Assembly (NCBI RefSeq): GCF_025526975.1
Contig: NW_026515671.1
Location: forward strand, 434,001 to 498,000
Length of the DNA stretch: 64,000 nucleotides
From: Fimicolochytrium jonesii
Lineage: Eukaryota
Reading direction: 5' to 3'
The position numbers and the translations under genes were made by a program. The notes beneath the pieces are model-generated. The model did not search any database, was not told the DNA's origin, and saw only the letters and a list, made by a program, of their open reading frames with translations. Position 1 is the first letter of the stretch. Every line of letters begins with the position of its first letter. Shown piece after piece: positions 24,316 through 37,275 of this stretch.

Positions 24316-25298
24316 GCTGCTGTGCTTCTTTTGTGCGACTAGTTTCAAGCTTCCCTCCTGCATATCTTTAGCGTAGGTGGGCGCTACGGAGGAGCTATTT
24401 GCAATCCCATTCTTGTAGATTTCCTTGCAATGCATTATTTTGCTCGTCTATCGTCCAGACCATACTCCGGAAGCGTCCCCGTTTCCATCGATACGGCCGA
24501 GGAGTGCCAGACACTTCCCCTGTGCTTTCCCAAGAATATAAAAGAAGGGCAGTACCGGCATCCCCCCCTTGAGAATTCGGAACGCATATACGGTTGCACT
24601 ACTAGCATCTGCTTGGAAAATCCCTACCCGCATGTAAGTTTGTGTGTTTGTCTGCTGTCAAGCTGCTTGCTGTTAGACCCCGTCGCTTACAATAAACTCT
24701 CCTCCCGTGAAAGCAGTCAACCGTCTAGAACGACTCTGCGGCATGTCGAATTCAAGTCTAATGCCATAACTGCCAGACTCAAGTCACCCGCACAAGTGGA
24801 TCTCGCGAATGCCAAGCAAGCACTCGCTACACCACCCTAAAAGTGTCAAGATGCCTTTCGAGACGGCGGTGAGCCTTTCAGAGATAGTTTAGTTTCGTCC
24901 CTTTGCGAACCCCCCCCGTATTTGGCCCCACGGAGTGCCCCAGTGGGCATGGGCCATGGGCGAAGCATAAGTAGCCCAAAAGCGTAGGACAGCGTTGTTA
25001 TGTCTAGGCTGTGAGGTCTATGAATATCACCGAGTTTTCGATGATTCCACGTCAGCCACGGCTTGACGGGAAACAGCAACCATCGGCATTAATAATAGAG
25101 AGGACTCCAGCGTTTGGGTCAACCATCGCGACGCAGAAGACTTTTTGGGTCACTCTCATTCATGATACGCGGTACGCCAACTTCCGGGACTCTGTGTATA
25201 ATGTATGGAAATAGAAATTCCATGATCTATCCCGATTGAGGACTATCTACACATTGGATGACCGCCATCCCGCTGTACGCGTTCTATACTCCTTGAGA

Positions 25299-27235
25299 TC
25301 ATGACGGCTTTGCCTTCTTATTCGCCGCTTCGACTGCCTCTTCCAACGACCGCTTTTTACTGAGCACGCTTGCAAAGGTAGAACTTCCAAAATACTTGTC
25401 GTTTTTAGTTGCCGCCATGCGTTGTGCGGCCAATTCGGGATTCTCCAGTTCAATTCCTTTGACCGGCGTAAAAGCGACCGAGGAGGAGAAGCCGGATGTC
25501 GCGCCGCCAGATATCCTGCCCAACTGCGTTTGATGCTTCTTCGCGACTCCAACTGAAATGAGAAGCGGAGTCCTGTTAGAACATGCTGTATGACCTGTAA
25601 AGACAGAGACTCTTCGGTTTACCTTTGACCCGAGCATCGGCCTGCATGGCCCTGATTTTTCCAGTTTGCTGCCCAATGACTCCCAACCCCTTCGTCATCC
25701 CAGTCGAAAAGCCGACCTCATCCTCCGCAACTCCAAACTGCATGCGATTGGCCGCTTTGGAAAGCTCAGTCTGCGCCATACGATCTTTCGCCTTCCTGAA
25801 CCTCTTTCCTGCTCGGCGCTTCTTGGGCCCTTCATCTGGGATCGGCAGTGCTTTGATGTTCTTGCCGGGTGGTGGTTGAGACACGACTTCTATCTTCTTT
25901 TGCACTTCGTCACGCATGTCGCGCCCCATGGAGCCATCTGCGCATGCTCCCGCCTGATCTACTCGCGCCATCAACACTAATCTGGAGGGTGCAACTGTGT
26001 TTAGTGACCAGGTCACGCTAGGAAGGTCGAGGGGTATGTGAATAGTGACTCACTTGGCAGACAAGATTCTAGCAGCCTGGCGTCGGAACTCCTGCGGTGC
26101 ATTTGCGACCAAGTCTGTCGTGTATACGATTCCCTGATGCTTCTGCTGCGTCACGGACGACATTCCTGTATTCATTTTCATCTGTTTCCCCAGCACGATG
26201 ATGTTAGAAGCCGGAATGGCGCTAAGATGCTTCAGTCCTCCTGAAAGCCCCATCAGCTTCGCAGCAATGTTACTGCCGATGAGAGCAGAGAGATTTGGAG
26301 CGATGAACGACATGCGCGATTCGACATATTCCAGAATCTAAAGAAAAATTGCCAAGATTAGCAGATGAAATGATGTAAGAGTTTATCAGTTGAGAGACGC
26401 TCACCCTTTGCTTTGCGGCGTCGAGAGCCAGAAGGGTATCACAGGCACGTAGGACCCTTTGTAGGGCATCTTCGCTCAACGGCTGACCATTTGTTGTCGT
26501 TGCGGTAACAGTGACGACCATGACAGTCGCCTGCGGCAGGATCGACTTCAGGTCTCCTATTTGTGTTAAATCCTGCAAGTGAGGTCAGTGAGCCAGGAAC
26601 GTGGGAATCGGACAGAACAGAGATTGTTCGAACAAACCAGCTCGTTTCCTATCAGCTTCACCGTGCGAGCATATGCGAAAGCGTTGGGCACAAGCGATTC
26701 CAGCTCCGGAAACCTTGACGCATAATGGTCCCTGATGTACTATCGGAGAGAAATCTACTCTCAGTCAACGGCGAGAAGCAATGTTATAGCCTTTGAGGCA
26801 AATGGCAACATTTATGAAAATGCCTTCGCTTACCTTGTGCACAATCAACATTTCGGTGTCAATATCCTGCGTCAGGTTGTTCACTTGAACAATCAGTTTG
26901 TACTCCGGATCGTCTTCCGTATGCCCCGCCGACCGTTCTGGCGGCCGTGGGTTGTTCATGAACTGATCGATTTTCTGTTCGAAAGACGGGTTGTGAGGAA
27001 GACGTTCCCCTTCATATACGAACCACATGCAAAGTCCCACCTGCATGGCGTCTTTGAACTGCTTCGAGTCGCTAAGCTTTGCAACTGCTCGAACGTCATC
27101 ACCCGCCACCGCTGTAGGCAGAAGGTCGTCCGTCACCTCCATAGCATCGTCGTCGCCGTTGCCATCATCGAGATCATCCAGCTCCTCCTCATCTCCTCCC
27201 AGCTCCTCCAGGTCCAGGAGCAAGTCTTCGTCCAT
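25299..27235 (-). CDS. PRP31: U4/U6 snRNP protein Prp31, multi-exon
   Basis: EDDPEYKLIVQVNNLTQDIDTE, RDHYASRFPELESLV, IAPNLSALIGSNIAAKLMG, KALPIPDEGPKKRRAGKRFRK, SGFSSSVAFTPVKGIELENP. Confidence 0.96.
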
Positions 27236-27910
27236 GTTTGCCCTTCGGGATATATATGCACAGACTGTCCGCCTCGATAAAGAAGAAGCCCTATGTAATG
27301 GGCCTTCAAGAGCGATATTCGTGGTTGGCGGACGTGTTATGCGGCGAACGTAGACCGAGGCGTATGGTTGCCGATGGTCGCAGTGAATGGAGAGTCCTCT
27401 GGGAAAGGAAAATTCCAGGAACGTCAAGTAGGTGGGGAAAACGCGAACTCTTACCCCAATCCCAGCCCCAATCCTCAGCCCCTCTGCCACGACACTCAGA
27501 GCAGTAAAGTTAACCTTGTTCGGAATAGTGCCGCAAACACCTCCGGCAGGGCTCCTTGATACCCAGACCGGCAATACTGACAAAATGACGCAGCCTTCAG
27601 CGTATTTGCGACTCCAGCGTCGTCCGGGCAATAGTCAACATTACGCTGTGAAATTTTCATCGCAGCTCGGAAAACCAACAGAAAGCCGTACACAATGAAT
27701 TACGTCGTGCTCAGCGAGCGAGCATCTGAAGCTTTTGGCGTTGGTAGGTGATGATTCCCACAGTATGCTCTTCTTTCAGGACAGTACGGCTAAACTGTTC
27801 GTTCCTCGCCAGGCTTCATCATCTTCGTAGCAGCCATCGTCATATGGGCACCTTCTTTGGTCGACTCGTTCTTTTTGAAGAAGCATTCCGCTGTGGAAGT
27901 CGCGCGTCGC

Positions 27911-28714
27911 ATGTCTATCATGGAGGAAACGAATCCCTCGGTAATACGCGCAATTGAATGATTGTCAGTGGTCAAATCCGGCGGAAATCTGACTTTTGAA
28001 GGTTATAATCAGACTCGATCGCAGAAGAAGGCGCTCATCCACCAGTCCGATGCTGATGGCGATCGCATGACAGTGTCTGATTTCGGCAGCGAAGGCGAAG
28101 AAGAGTTGGACGAGTACGAAGAGCTTGACGACGGGCAGGAAGACGAGGAGGTTGAGGATGACGATGAAGAAGGCTTGGTCCCTCCAACCGAATTCAAAGG
28201 CGGCTTCCGCGTCCCGGATCTATCCTCCGCGTTCTACACCCCGCCATCGGTTGCAGACATGTCGGAAACCTCGGCGCGGGAGATCACGCGATCCCATAAC
28301 ATCATCTCGGACCTCGAGGTGCAGCACGAGGCCATGGCTGATGAAATCATTCGACTGCGTGAGGAACTCGTGAGTGAGAAGGAAACCTCCGAGCGTGTCA
28401 GGGAGGAGGCGAAGACGCTGCAGGTGACCATGTCACGAGAGATGGATATTATCAGAAGCATGCTTCGCGACTATCGGGATGGGAAGAATGCGACGCAGGA
28501 ACGTGTGGTCGACTCTGTTGAGACTTACAAGGTAGCAGCTGTTACTGCTACCGAGGGATCGCAGGCAAAAAACTTGAGTTCTAACATGTCTCCTTGCGAC
28601 TTCTAGCAGCAAGCCATCAAAGTGCCGCATGAAATCGAGACATCAAAAGGAGCATCTCAACTGGCCCAGCATAAGATGGCCTCCTCACTGAAACTCCCGC
28701 ATATGGCAGCTTGA
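27911..28714 (+). CDS. Hypothetical acidic/coiled-coil protein, 3 exons
   Basis: MSIMEETNPS|TRSQKK.., D/E tract, heptads ISDLEVQHEAMADEIIRLREEL, last exon QQAIKV..PHMAA*. Confidence 0.55.
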
Positions 28715-28959
28715 GATCGTAGTCACACATCCCGAGATTTGCAATTCAGTCCGTTGTCACAAATAATAACAATCATCCCATGAAGAAAACCGAGTTTCTC
28801 GAGGATCTTATTTACATATATACGTAGTGAATGCTTTAGAAATATGTACAGATGCACGGTAAGCACACCCACTGGAAGTAGAGGGTATAGAGGCACAAGC
28901 GTAGGCTTAGAAGTAGAAGATCCCGAGCAAGGCAGGTTCCAAAAAGAGGTCGGCGGGTA

Positions 28960-29695
28960 TCATAAGCTCGCGCTGCGATAACCTCTACTGTCTATTCGTG
29001 CATTGAAAGCATTGTGTTTTCGGGATAAAGCCCTTCCAGTGGCCGGGACGTATTCAACGGCTTTCGGCGCTTGTAGGGCCTCGGCATGTTTTGCAATACT
29101 GACTTCCGGCCCTGTGAAGTCCATCGGAACGATGGCCAGAAGGGTAGCACATGCTATCAGCAGTGTGAAGAATGTCGAGAGCAAGAACCCGCCCCATTGC
29201 CCTTCTTCGTCCTCATCCTGAAACTCATCGTCTGTGTGTTGTTCTGGAAGGGATAGTATAAGTGAGCAAAAGCGTGAAGGCACTTAATGCAACTATGAAC
29301 ATTGTACCTGTTACAAGTGATGCCTCGCCATAAGTAGGCAGCTCGTCTACAACCTCCTCAGATATCGAATCGCAGTAGTATGGTGGTGGATCCTCTCCAT
29401 ACAACGAACGATAAAGGTCATATGTTTGATCGAGGCCAGAAAGCGGGTCGCCATCTTCGTACTGATGTACGCCCAGGATAAATGGGGCGCTGTCATCATC
29501 TTCGTGCTCAACATCTGAATATGTGTGACAATAGTCTGAGATGCGGGAGTATAGCAGTGCAGGCCGCGGAATCGGTGGTGATCGGGGCGGTGATGGTGAG
29601 CCTGAGGATGGAGTATGATACAAGCCGTAATTGGAATCGACCACTACCAGCAGCGGCGTCGTCTCGTCCGAGACCGCTTGCCCGCTGGACCTCAT
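28960..29695 (-). CDS. Hypothetical membrane protein with PY motifs; 3' end uncertain
   Basis: ETTPLL dileucine signal, PPPY and LPTY motifs, hydrophobic GFLLSTFFTLLIACATLLAIV segment in exon 2. Confidence 0.55.
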
Positions 29696-30435
29696 GAAGG
29701 GCAGGGTTTGTGCTTGGCGCCGGAAAAGTTGAGTCCGAGGTCGCTTCACAGTATGTCGCTGCCGACCGTCAAGTAGCAGAGGCTCCACATCGATTCAACT
29801 ACTCGTCGGGATGTCTCTTCCTCTCCTCCACCTGCTCTAGACCAAGTTTAGACTCGTGAGCCGGAGGGTAATGGGTTACGCTTTCTGCCTTCCGTTTGCA
29901 GAGTGTTGGACGTCTGAAATCAGATTGGGCAATTGACAATGGTGGGATGCAGAAGACTCGGGATCCTGTTTTTCGGTTCCAAATGCACATCTCACATGCA
30001 AACCGGAGGCGGAGGGGGAGATCTACCCCAACTGCAGCTGAATCTGACAATTAATCTGAATGAATCGCCACGTGACTGTGCTTTGGTACTTACGTGCACA
30101 GCCACTTGCTCCTCTACTCACCTCCGCTGTCAAACTCCGCTCGCTCCCAACTTCTACCTACGGAATTGTCATCCCACTTCCTGAGCATGTATATACGTTT
30201 CAATGGTGTATTTATGCATGAGGGTGATTGCACGGGACGCCCCAATTCGTCGAGATGATATGCATATGAGAGCCTAAAACTAACTCACCTCATACCACTG
30301 CGAATAATGGCATGAGATACTAGCACACGGACAAGTTCATAAGAAGGGGATTATTTCGCAGTGCGTCCATTCCAATAACAGGATCACAATGTTGGCGAAG
30401 GGTATCAGAGTTCAGGCGTTTGATGATGGTTCTGA

Positions 30436-31788
30436 CTAAACGTCATCACTGGTTGGATGAGGATGAGGGGCAGGCTGGGCCCTGGCGCTCCTGCTCCGTT
30501 TTTGAGCGGACGGCACTTGCCCGACGCCAGCTGTTGGGGCAAGCAGGTCGTCGAATTCCGAGTTCTGTGCCGCTGCGTACATGGCCGCTTCGTGGTTGGA
30601 TGGCGGCTGCGGGAATGACTGCCTTCTTGCCCTCGCAGCGGCGACGGCGGCAGCTGATGCGGAAGGCATTGGAGGAGCGTAGGGGACAGGCACGAGGTAA
30701 CCTCCCCCAGGATACATCATCTGTCCGTAGAATTGAGGCATCAGCTGCGGTGGGGGCATGGCTGACATCGACGAGAGTGATGGGTGTCCACCAGCAAGGT
30801 CCGGATTGCCAGTTTCGTAAGTGAACCTTCGACTTGCAGCTGCACTCGCCAGACTAGCTGGCATCCCCGGCTGCAAAAAGACTGGCGTTGCGAAGTATGG
30901 CGGCGGCATGGGTGCTCCCATCGGACCAGCCAGTTGCGGGTACGGAAGCATCTGCGGTGGCATCATCGGATTGAACATGAGCGATGCGCGACGCTGCATC
31001 GGCATCGGCATCGGCATCATCATGATACTTCCGCGTGGGATTTGTTGCGCACTTGGGCGACGGGCCGCTGAGGCGGATTCGCGTCTTTGGGCTTGTGCCA
31101 ATGATTCAGTGGTTCCAGCTCCGGTGACCGCAGTTGGCCTGCGAGCTTCCGTAGCTGGTCGCGGCTGATACGACTGTGGGGCATGCTCTTGGTCAGCCAG
31201 TTCTCCGTGTCCAGATCCGTTGCTCGCCGTCGTATACTTGTGTATTGTGCGCCTGTAGATTTGTAGCAACGTAAGAAGAAGTGTTTGTATCGAGAGTATG
31301 TGCGAGCAACAACAAACGTACCTTTGGTAGAACCACGCCTCCACATCGCTGTTGCTTAGTTTCAGCTTCTTGGCCAGCACATCAGTGAGGTCCGCGGGAA
31401 TTTCTTCGGTGCCACTGACGAGCTCAGAGAAGTGGTCTTGCGCCGCACGCTTACGCTTGTTCTTTCCACGACCCCCGGTGGCCTCGGCGAGAGCTTCAAC
31501 TACTTCCTCGTCCGTTAAGATGGTGTGGTCGTGGAAGCTCGCTTGATGAGTGGCATCGGACAGATGTGGGGGGAGGTCGTGAGCATCCGCGTCCCCCAAG
31601 CCTGTGTATCTGTACTCGGCTGCAACCGCGGTGTGGTCATCAGCGGTGGCGAGGGGCCTTGCGGTCTGTCGAGGCTTTTCGGCCAAGCCTTGCCCAATAG
31701 CAGCTTTTTTCTTGGCTTGCTGGTGAGTCTGCTGGTGAGCCGAGTCATGGGCGGATGTTTCAATGAAGGCGTCCATCGCGTCGCTCAT
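30436..31788 (-). CDS. Divergent homeodomain-like protein with Pro/Met-rich C-terminus, 2 exons
   Basis: LTDVLAKKLKLSNSDVEAWFYQR|RT resembles homeodomain helices 2-3; basic KNKRKR upstream; intron at about 31321-31254. Confidence 0.65.
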   Translation of the reverse strand: MSDAMDAFIETSAHDSAHQQTHQQAKKKAAIGQGLAEKPRQTARPLATADDHTAVAAEYRYTGLGDADAHDLPPHLSDATHQASFHDHTILTDEEVVEALAEATGGRGKNKRKRAAQDHFSELVSGTEEIPADLTDVLAKKLKLSNSDVEAWFYQRYVCCCSHILSIQTLLLTLLQIYRRTIHKYTTASNGSGHGELADQEHAPQSYQPRPATEARRPTAVTGAGTTESLAQAQRRESASAARRPSAQQIPRGSIMMMPMPMPMQRRASLMFNPMMPPQMLPYPQLAGPMGAPMPPPYFATPVFLQPGMPASLASAAASRRFTYETGNPDLAGGHPSLSSMSAMPPPQLMPQFYGQMMYPGGGYLVPVPYAPPMPSASAAAVAAARARRQSFPQPPSNHEAAMYAAAQNSEFDDLLAPTAGVGQVPSAQKRSRSARAQPAPHPHPTSDDV

Positions 31789-32274
31789 GATTCAACAATG
31801 TTTTGCTGTTGTCGTTCTGCCAAAAGCGAGGGTACCTCTCAAACTTTTAGACCCTAGAGTGGCGGTCTACGTTGATGGCGGAATAGTTTTGTGCGTATGC
31901 ACGTCTGAGCCGTGGTTGCGCGAAGCTGTCAATTCCGTCGGGACGATGCGCTGTCGATGCTGACGAGGACCTTGTCGCGCGCGCTGACCGTGGCCCATGC
32001 AGATGGGTTGGCAGGACAGGCGAGACGACGAAGAGTGATAAATGAGATTTCTGCACATTCACTTCTCACGAGGTCCTGCACAGTACAGCACCTCTCTTAT
32101 ATAGCGTTGGCGGAAAAGGGACTCACGCCCCCCTTGGCGACCACTTTCCCCTTGTTTTTCTTCATCTGTGCCGAGCAGCGTGTAAACAAGTGCGCCAGTT
32201 GCAAAAATAGCAGCAGTCAGGATATTAAGCTTAATCCCCTTTGGCTCATCGCTTTTCGACGAGGGGACGTAGGC

Positions 32275-33916
32275 ATGGATAGGTAAGCAGCCCAGCCCGT
32301 GGTGCGAAACCATCTCGTATCTGATTCTTATCCCAACATAGTTCGTATGTTGAAAAGGTTGGCAAACTGTCCATGCCGTTGAGGCAGGAGGTTCTGGACG
32401 CCACGGAAGCCAATTTGCAGTTGCGGTCGATCTTTGAAAGGCTCGTGGACCTGGCCATAGAGGCAAGGGCCGGCTCCACGGAAACGCGCGCGGAAGAAGG
32501 TCCAGCCAAAAAGCGCAAATTAGATGGGCCGGACTCAACGTCGGCGGGTCCGTCTCAGCCCGATGCAGCTGATGAGCTATTGTATAGATTGGAAGACGTG
32601 TCGTTCACAAGCCCTCTTCGGAAGAAATGCTCAATGCACATTCATAGACAATCTATTCGCCTTTACTCGGCAACGAATAGCGGACACGACAGCGTCCTTT
32701 TCCTGACTTCGGACATATGCTATGCACTTTGCGTTCCGAGCCCAGCTAGGGCAAAACCGCATTTCACATTCTGCTTGATGGTATCCGGAAAAGATCCCAT
32801 TGTATTCGGCTTTGATGTCGCCAAGGGTGTAACGATCAACGGGCCCCATGGGGGCAGTCCGGCAGACTTGGGCGGCGCCGACTGCAAAGCTAATATATGG
32901 AAGACGCTGGAAACCTTGCCCTGCCCGACGTCAGAGCTGGCTGGGACCAATGGGGAGCTTCCGGCACTGGAATGTGCACAGAATACAACCCGTGGGTGAG
33001 TTACGAACTGATGTCCCGCATACTGTCCGCCAACGTCGTCGCTTGACGACTTTTGATCACACAGACATATGTTCTTTCTTCCGACGGGGCTACTGTTTGG
33101 CTTCAAAAAGCCGATTCGTTTCCTGCCATTCAGAACCGTGACCGATATAGAGCTCATAGCTGTTAGTCGGCACTTCTTTACTCTTGCCGTGTACCCGTCG
33201 GATGTGAAGGCCGAGGCATTTACGACAAGGAAGCCACCAACGGATGGCAAGCTGGAGTTTGAGATGTTCCCGCGGCAGCAGATGAACCGCGTACATGCAT
33301 ATGTTGAATCGCATCGGAGAAACTTTGCGAGACTGCGAGACGTAAAAGGCGAAGTGATCGAGAATGTCACGGTCCCTATGGATGACGATGACGAGGCAGA
33401 CGAGGATTTCGATCCTGGAGACGAACGGAAGGAGGTATGCATCGTGACCGACATGGACGCGTCACAACGTTCCGTCGACTAATTACATCAGCAGGTTGCC
33501 GAAGAGTTCGACAGTGATCATGAAACCGACAGCCAGCCGTCTGAACAGGAGCAAGATGGCGGTGATGAAAGTGAATCCTCAGAGGACGACGAGAGCGACC
33601 GCTCAGGTGGACATAACGACGCAAGTGATAAAGGTGAGGGGTCATGCAGCATCAACGAGTCATAGCTGCATGGTTCACGTCTGATGGCTTCTTTTCGGCT
33701 CCCATAGATTCTATGCTGGAACCGAAACAAGAGCGTCTGTATCCGCTGGCGACTGACGAACTTGATGTGAAGGAAGATGAGATGGGTATTGTTTCAGTCA
33801 AATCGGAGTTTTCGGCGGGCACGAAAGCACGGACAGGAATGGCAGAAATTGCGGCGCAGGTTGAACGCGAGCGATTACAGCGCCAGCAGCCCATGCAGCG
33901 GGCCATTCGAAAATGA
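32275..33916 (+). CDS. RTT106: Histone chaperone Rtt106 (double PH fold plus acidic tail), about 5 exons
   Basis: LEDVSFTSPLRKK, CVPSPARAKPHF, FFLPTGLLFGFKKPIRFLPF, EFEMF, DDDDEADEDFDP. Confidence 0.85.
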
Positions 33917-33951
33917 AGGCGGCGTATTTGCTCGAAAATGAAGGCGGCGTA
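33907..33951 (+). repeat. 20-bp direct repeat over the RTT106 stop codon
   Basis: tcgaaaatgaaggcggcgta at 33907-33926 and 33932-33951. Confidence 0.85.
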
Positions 33952-34349
33952 GGCCAGAGATGAAAAATGAAGTTTTCTACTAGAAGTTTAGCGGCTTCAA
34001 CCGCTGTAGGGGATAGAACTACCCTTGGCCCATGCCCTCGATCATGATGGCCAGCAACTTAAACTACGTGCCGTGGGGTGGGGACTCTCCACAATACTTG
34101 TGTGTTGTGAGGAGGTATAATAGTCCCTCGGCGTACAGTACTGTATATTGGGCGTGGTTGGGGAACCGGCCGACGCGTTCATGTCATGTCATGCAGAGCC
34201 GAGACCCGCAGAGTCGCAGAGCAGTCGCAAGTGGGTTACAAAACATCACATGCTACTTGACAATTGACTCCTTTGTCAACGAAGTGCGGCAAACTGTGTC
34301 CCAACCCACGTCTCAAGTCGACCTGTGCGCCCATCACCTTGGACTGCTC

Positions 34350-35736
34350 ATGAGCGAAGACTCCCTACTATTCCCTGGGATCCCGTCGGTCGTCGCATCC
34401 GTTCTGGCCCACAGCAGCACAACTCCTCCGATAGCAGGACCTGGCGGCATGGCGGACTTATCCATCACACCTCCTTCCGCACCAATTCCTTGGGAGGAGT
34501 CAACTGGGGATGAGAAGCGATGTTGGATCTGCTTTCTGGAGGAGGACGAGGAAGAGCCTTCGAAACGCTTGAAATGGGTTCGGCCTTGCAAGTGCAAGAA
34601 TTCGCTGAAGGTAATTCGGGGGTGTCAGTCGGCCAACCATCAAAACATGTCCTCAAACGCTTGTTTCTGTAGTACGCGCACGAAGACTGCCTCCTGAAGT
34701 GGATTGCGGAAAAGCAGGAACCTGGAAATACCGATGTAAAGTGCCCGGCCTGTGGGCACGTGTATGCAGTTGACGAGTGAGTATATTCTGGATGGAATGA
34801 AAGTCCTGCCTACGCCATCGCGCTGATCACCTCTCCCCACAGATCTCGAGATGTGGTCTTGTCCGTGTTCAGTTTCGTTGATGGATCTATCCAATCATTC
34901 GTGCCATACGTCACATTGGCTGGGATGTCGATGGCATTTTATGTAGTGTCTACGACGTATGGAGCATACGCTGTCATGACAATGTGCGGGCCTGATCACG
35001 GAGAGCAGATCTTGAGTGAGGCAAATTGGGGCTGGCGGACATGGGTATGTACTAGCAAATCGACATCCACCAGATCTCGGCCGTCTCTGATGCCTTACCC
35101 GCAGGTTGGACTGCCCCTCATTCCCCTTGGGCTGGTATTCTCAAGATTGAGCTCCGCGGACGCAGCTCTTCCACTTCTACCATTCCTAGTTCTTGGGAAT
35201 GATCAGATCCGCCTATCTTTCCCGCCATCGCCAGCGTTGACGATCTGCTTGATGCCTTGGGTCAGGCTCGGTTACAATGCGGTTTGGGCTAAACTGCTGC
35301 CATTCTTCCGGAGGGCAAAAGCAAATCGTTCAGCACGAGCGATACCTCGACCATATGCAGTGAATGCCGGTCTTGCAGGTGCTGGCGAAGATGATCAGGA
35401 AGACGGGCCGCTACGAGAAGTCTCGGTGGAGCGGAGGGATGGACAACGACTTGTACTTGGCAGCCTCTTTCTGCCAGGTGAGCATCGTTTGTTGGTATGC
35501 CGGGAGAGAGCGCCACTACTGACTTCGTTCACGAATACGCAGCTGTGTCTTCGATGATGGGAACGTTGTTGGGAACCATCCCATGGGTTCGACAAAAGCT
35601 GCCTGACCCATTCCATCGAAATGTACTGGGAGGATGCTTATTCATCCTTGGCAAGGACGTCGTCTCTACCATCTACCGCTCTCAGAGGCGGAGACAGCAT
35701 CGCACCAGAAGGGTCAAGGAGTACCGCGGAGATTGA
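34350..35736 (+). CDS. MARCH5: MARCH5/MITOL-like mitochondrial RING-CH E3 ligase, about 5 exons
   Basis: RCWICF..WVRPCKCKNSLK|YAHEDCLLKWI..CPACG; TYGAYAVMTMCG; VGLPLIPLGL; GSLFLP; RNVLGGCLFILGKD. Confidence 0.88.
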
Positions 35737-36293
35737 TGTTGTGCTTATTCGTTGGTCTAGGCTTTTTCATTTGTCGACTGTCTACAATTTCTTGGGTCTG
35801 AGTCTTCTCATTGTCTTTGTGTACAATTCTAGCAAAATACAGTATGTAGTTGAAGGACAGTGTTCAATAAAATGAAGTGTGTACATGTCCAATCCTGAGT
35901 GTCCACGGATTTATGCATGTGTTCATAGTGCGGCAAGACGGTTTGGAAGGGGAAGGAACGCCAGGAACTTCTGGAGACGTGGCTGCACATGCATGCGCCT
36001 CAACACGCGTCACATCGCGGCGGTAATCTCGCAATTCAAAAGGCCCGCTCCTCTCTGTCGGGAAACACACAACCCCAATTCTCTCTGCCTTGAAATCTGA
36101 ACATCTGAGAAAAACAGCAGTCGTTGGCTCACATAACGCTAGTCAGGTGAGTTCTTCGACCCGGGTATCGGACCCGGACCGTCCTTTGGAGGGAAGAGTC
36201 GAAAGCGTTCCCGTTCACACGTCACACTCCGCTTGACACTTTTCTCACTTTCCACAACACTTGCAATCTTGCACCGCGGAAACAGGATAGAAA

Positions 36294-37275
36294 ATGGCAC
36301 CAGCAACCTCAGCAACCGATCCCGCACCGTCCAGCGGCGAATCTTCTACCGCCGGAGCGTCAAGACCAGCTCCCGTCCTTCCCCTCACGCAGCGCCTCTC
36401 CAAACTCGTCATATCAGCCCAGTTTCTGTGGTTCCTGGGTCATCTCACGACCGTGATACAGACACTGGTTTACGTTTTGTACGCCAGGTTTGCCAGTACC
36501 GATGGTGGAGCTAAGGCCTACGCGAAGGCTTACTACGGGACCCTGCTTTCGTATGGGATTATCATGTTCAAGGCTCATGGGGTACGTTGGGTTGCTATAT
36601 GACATCACTTTATCTTTCTGAGACAGGGATCTCATGGGCTTTGTCTTGCGTAGAACCCACAAATCAGCATGGGCTACCTCACGAATGTCTTGAGGGACGA
36701 GAACAGCTGGTACTTTCTGAGCGCACTTTACTGGGTGACATCCAAGCCCCTTGTTGGTGAGTGCTTCGGAATGTGAATAGTCATTCCAGTTTAGGGCGGC
36801 AGCTCATGAGTTGCTTTTCCATTCATCAGCCACACTGTTCCCATACGTGACCTTCTCCCTTTTCCACTCGCTGAACTACATTCGTTCTGATGTCCTTCCG
36901 GCGCTCCTTCCTCCTTCCACATCGTCCATCACCCCGAAAATCCGAGACACGATCCTACGACTCGTCAAAACGTACCAGCACACCGCCTTGCGATATGTCG
37001 CATACGTGGAGGTGTGGACCATCATGCCCGTCGTGACGATCGGCGTCCTCTTCGGGTGGACCTCGTTCTTTGCTCCATTGATGTACGCTCGGTTCCTGAT
37101 GTTCAGATACCATTCGTCGCCCTTGACGGAGCAGGCGTTTGTGGAGCTGCGACAGAAATTGGATGCGACGGCCAGTGACCCTCGTGTACCGGCGATCGTC
37201 AAGAAGTTCTATGAGGGTGCTCGTGATGCGGTCATCAAATCGGGGGCTGTTCCCACCGCCCCGGCTCCGCAATAG
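36294..37275 (+). CDS. POM33: TMEM33/Pom33 family ER and nuclear-pore membrane protein, 3 exons
   Basis: SAQFLWFLGH, AYYGTLLSYGI, LRDENSWYFLSALYW, LFPYVTFSLFHSLNYIRS, YARFLMFRY. Confidence 0.88.

Noticed and set aside
24830..24845. accctaa as a possible telomerase RNA template
   Set aside because: Only a partial match to a 1.5-repeat template and expected by chance.
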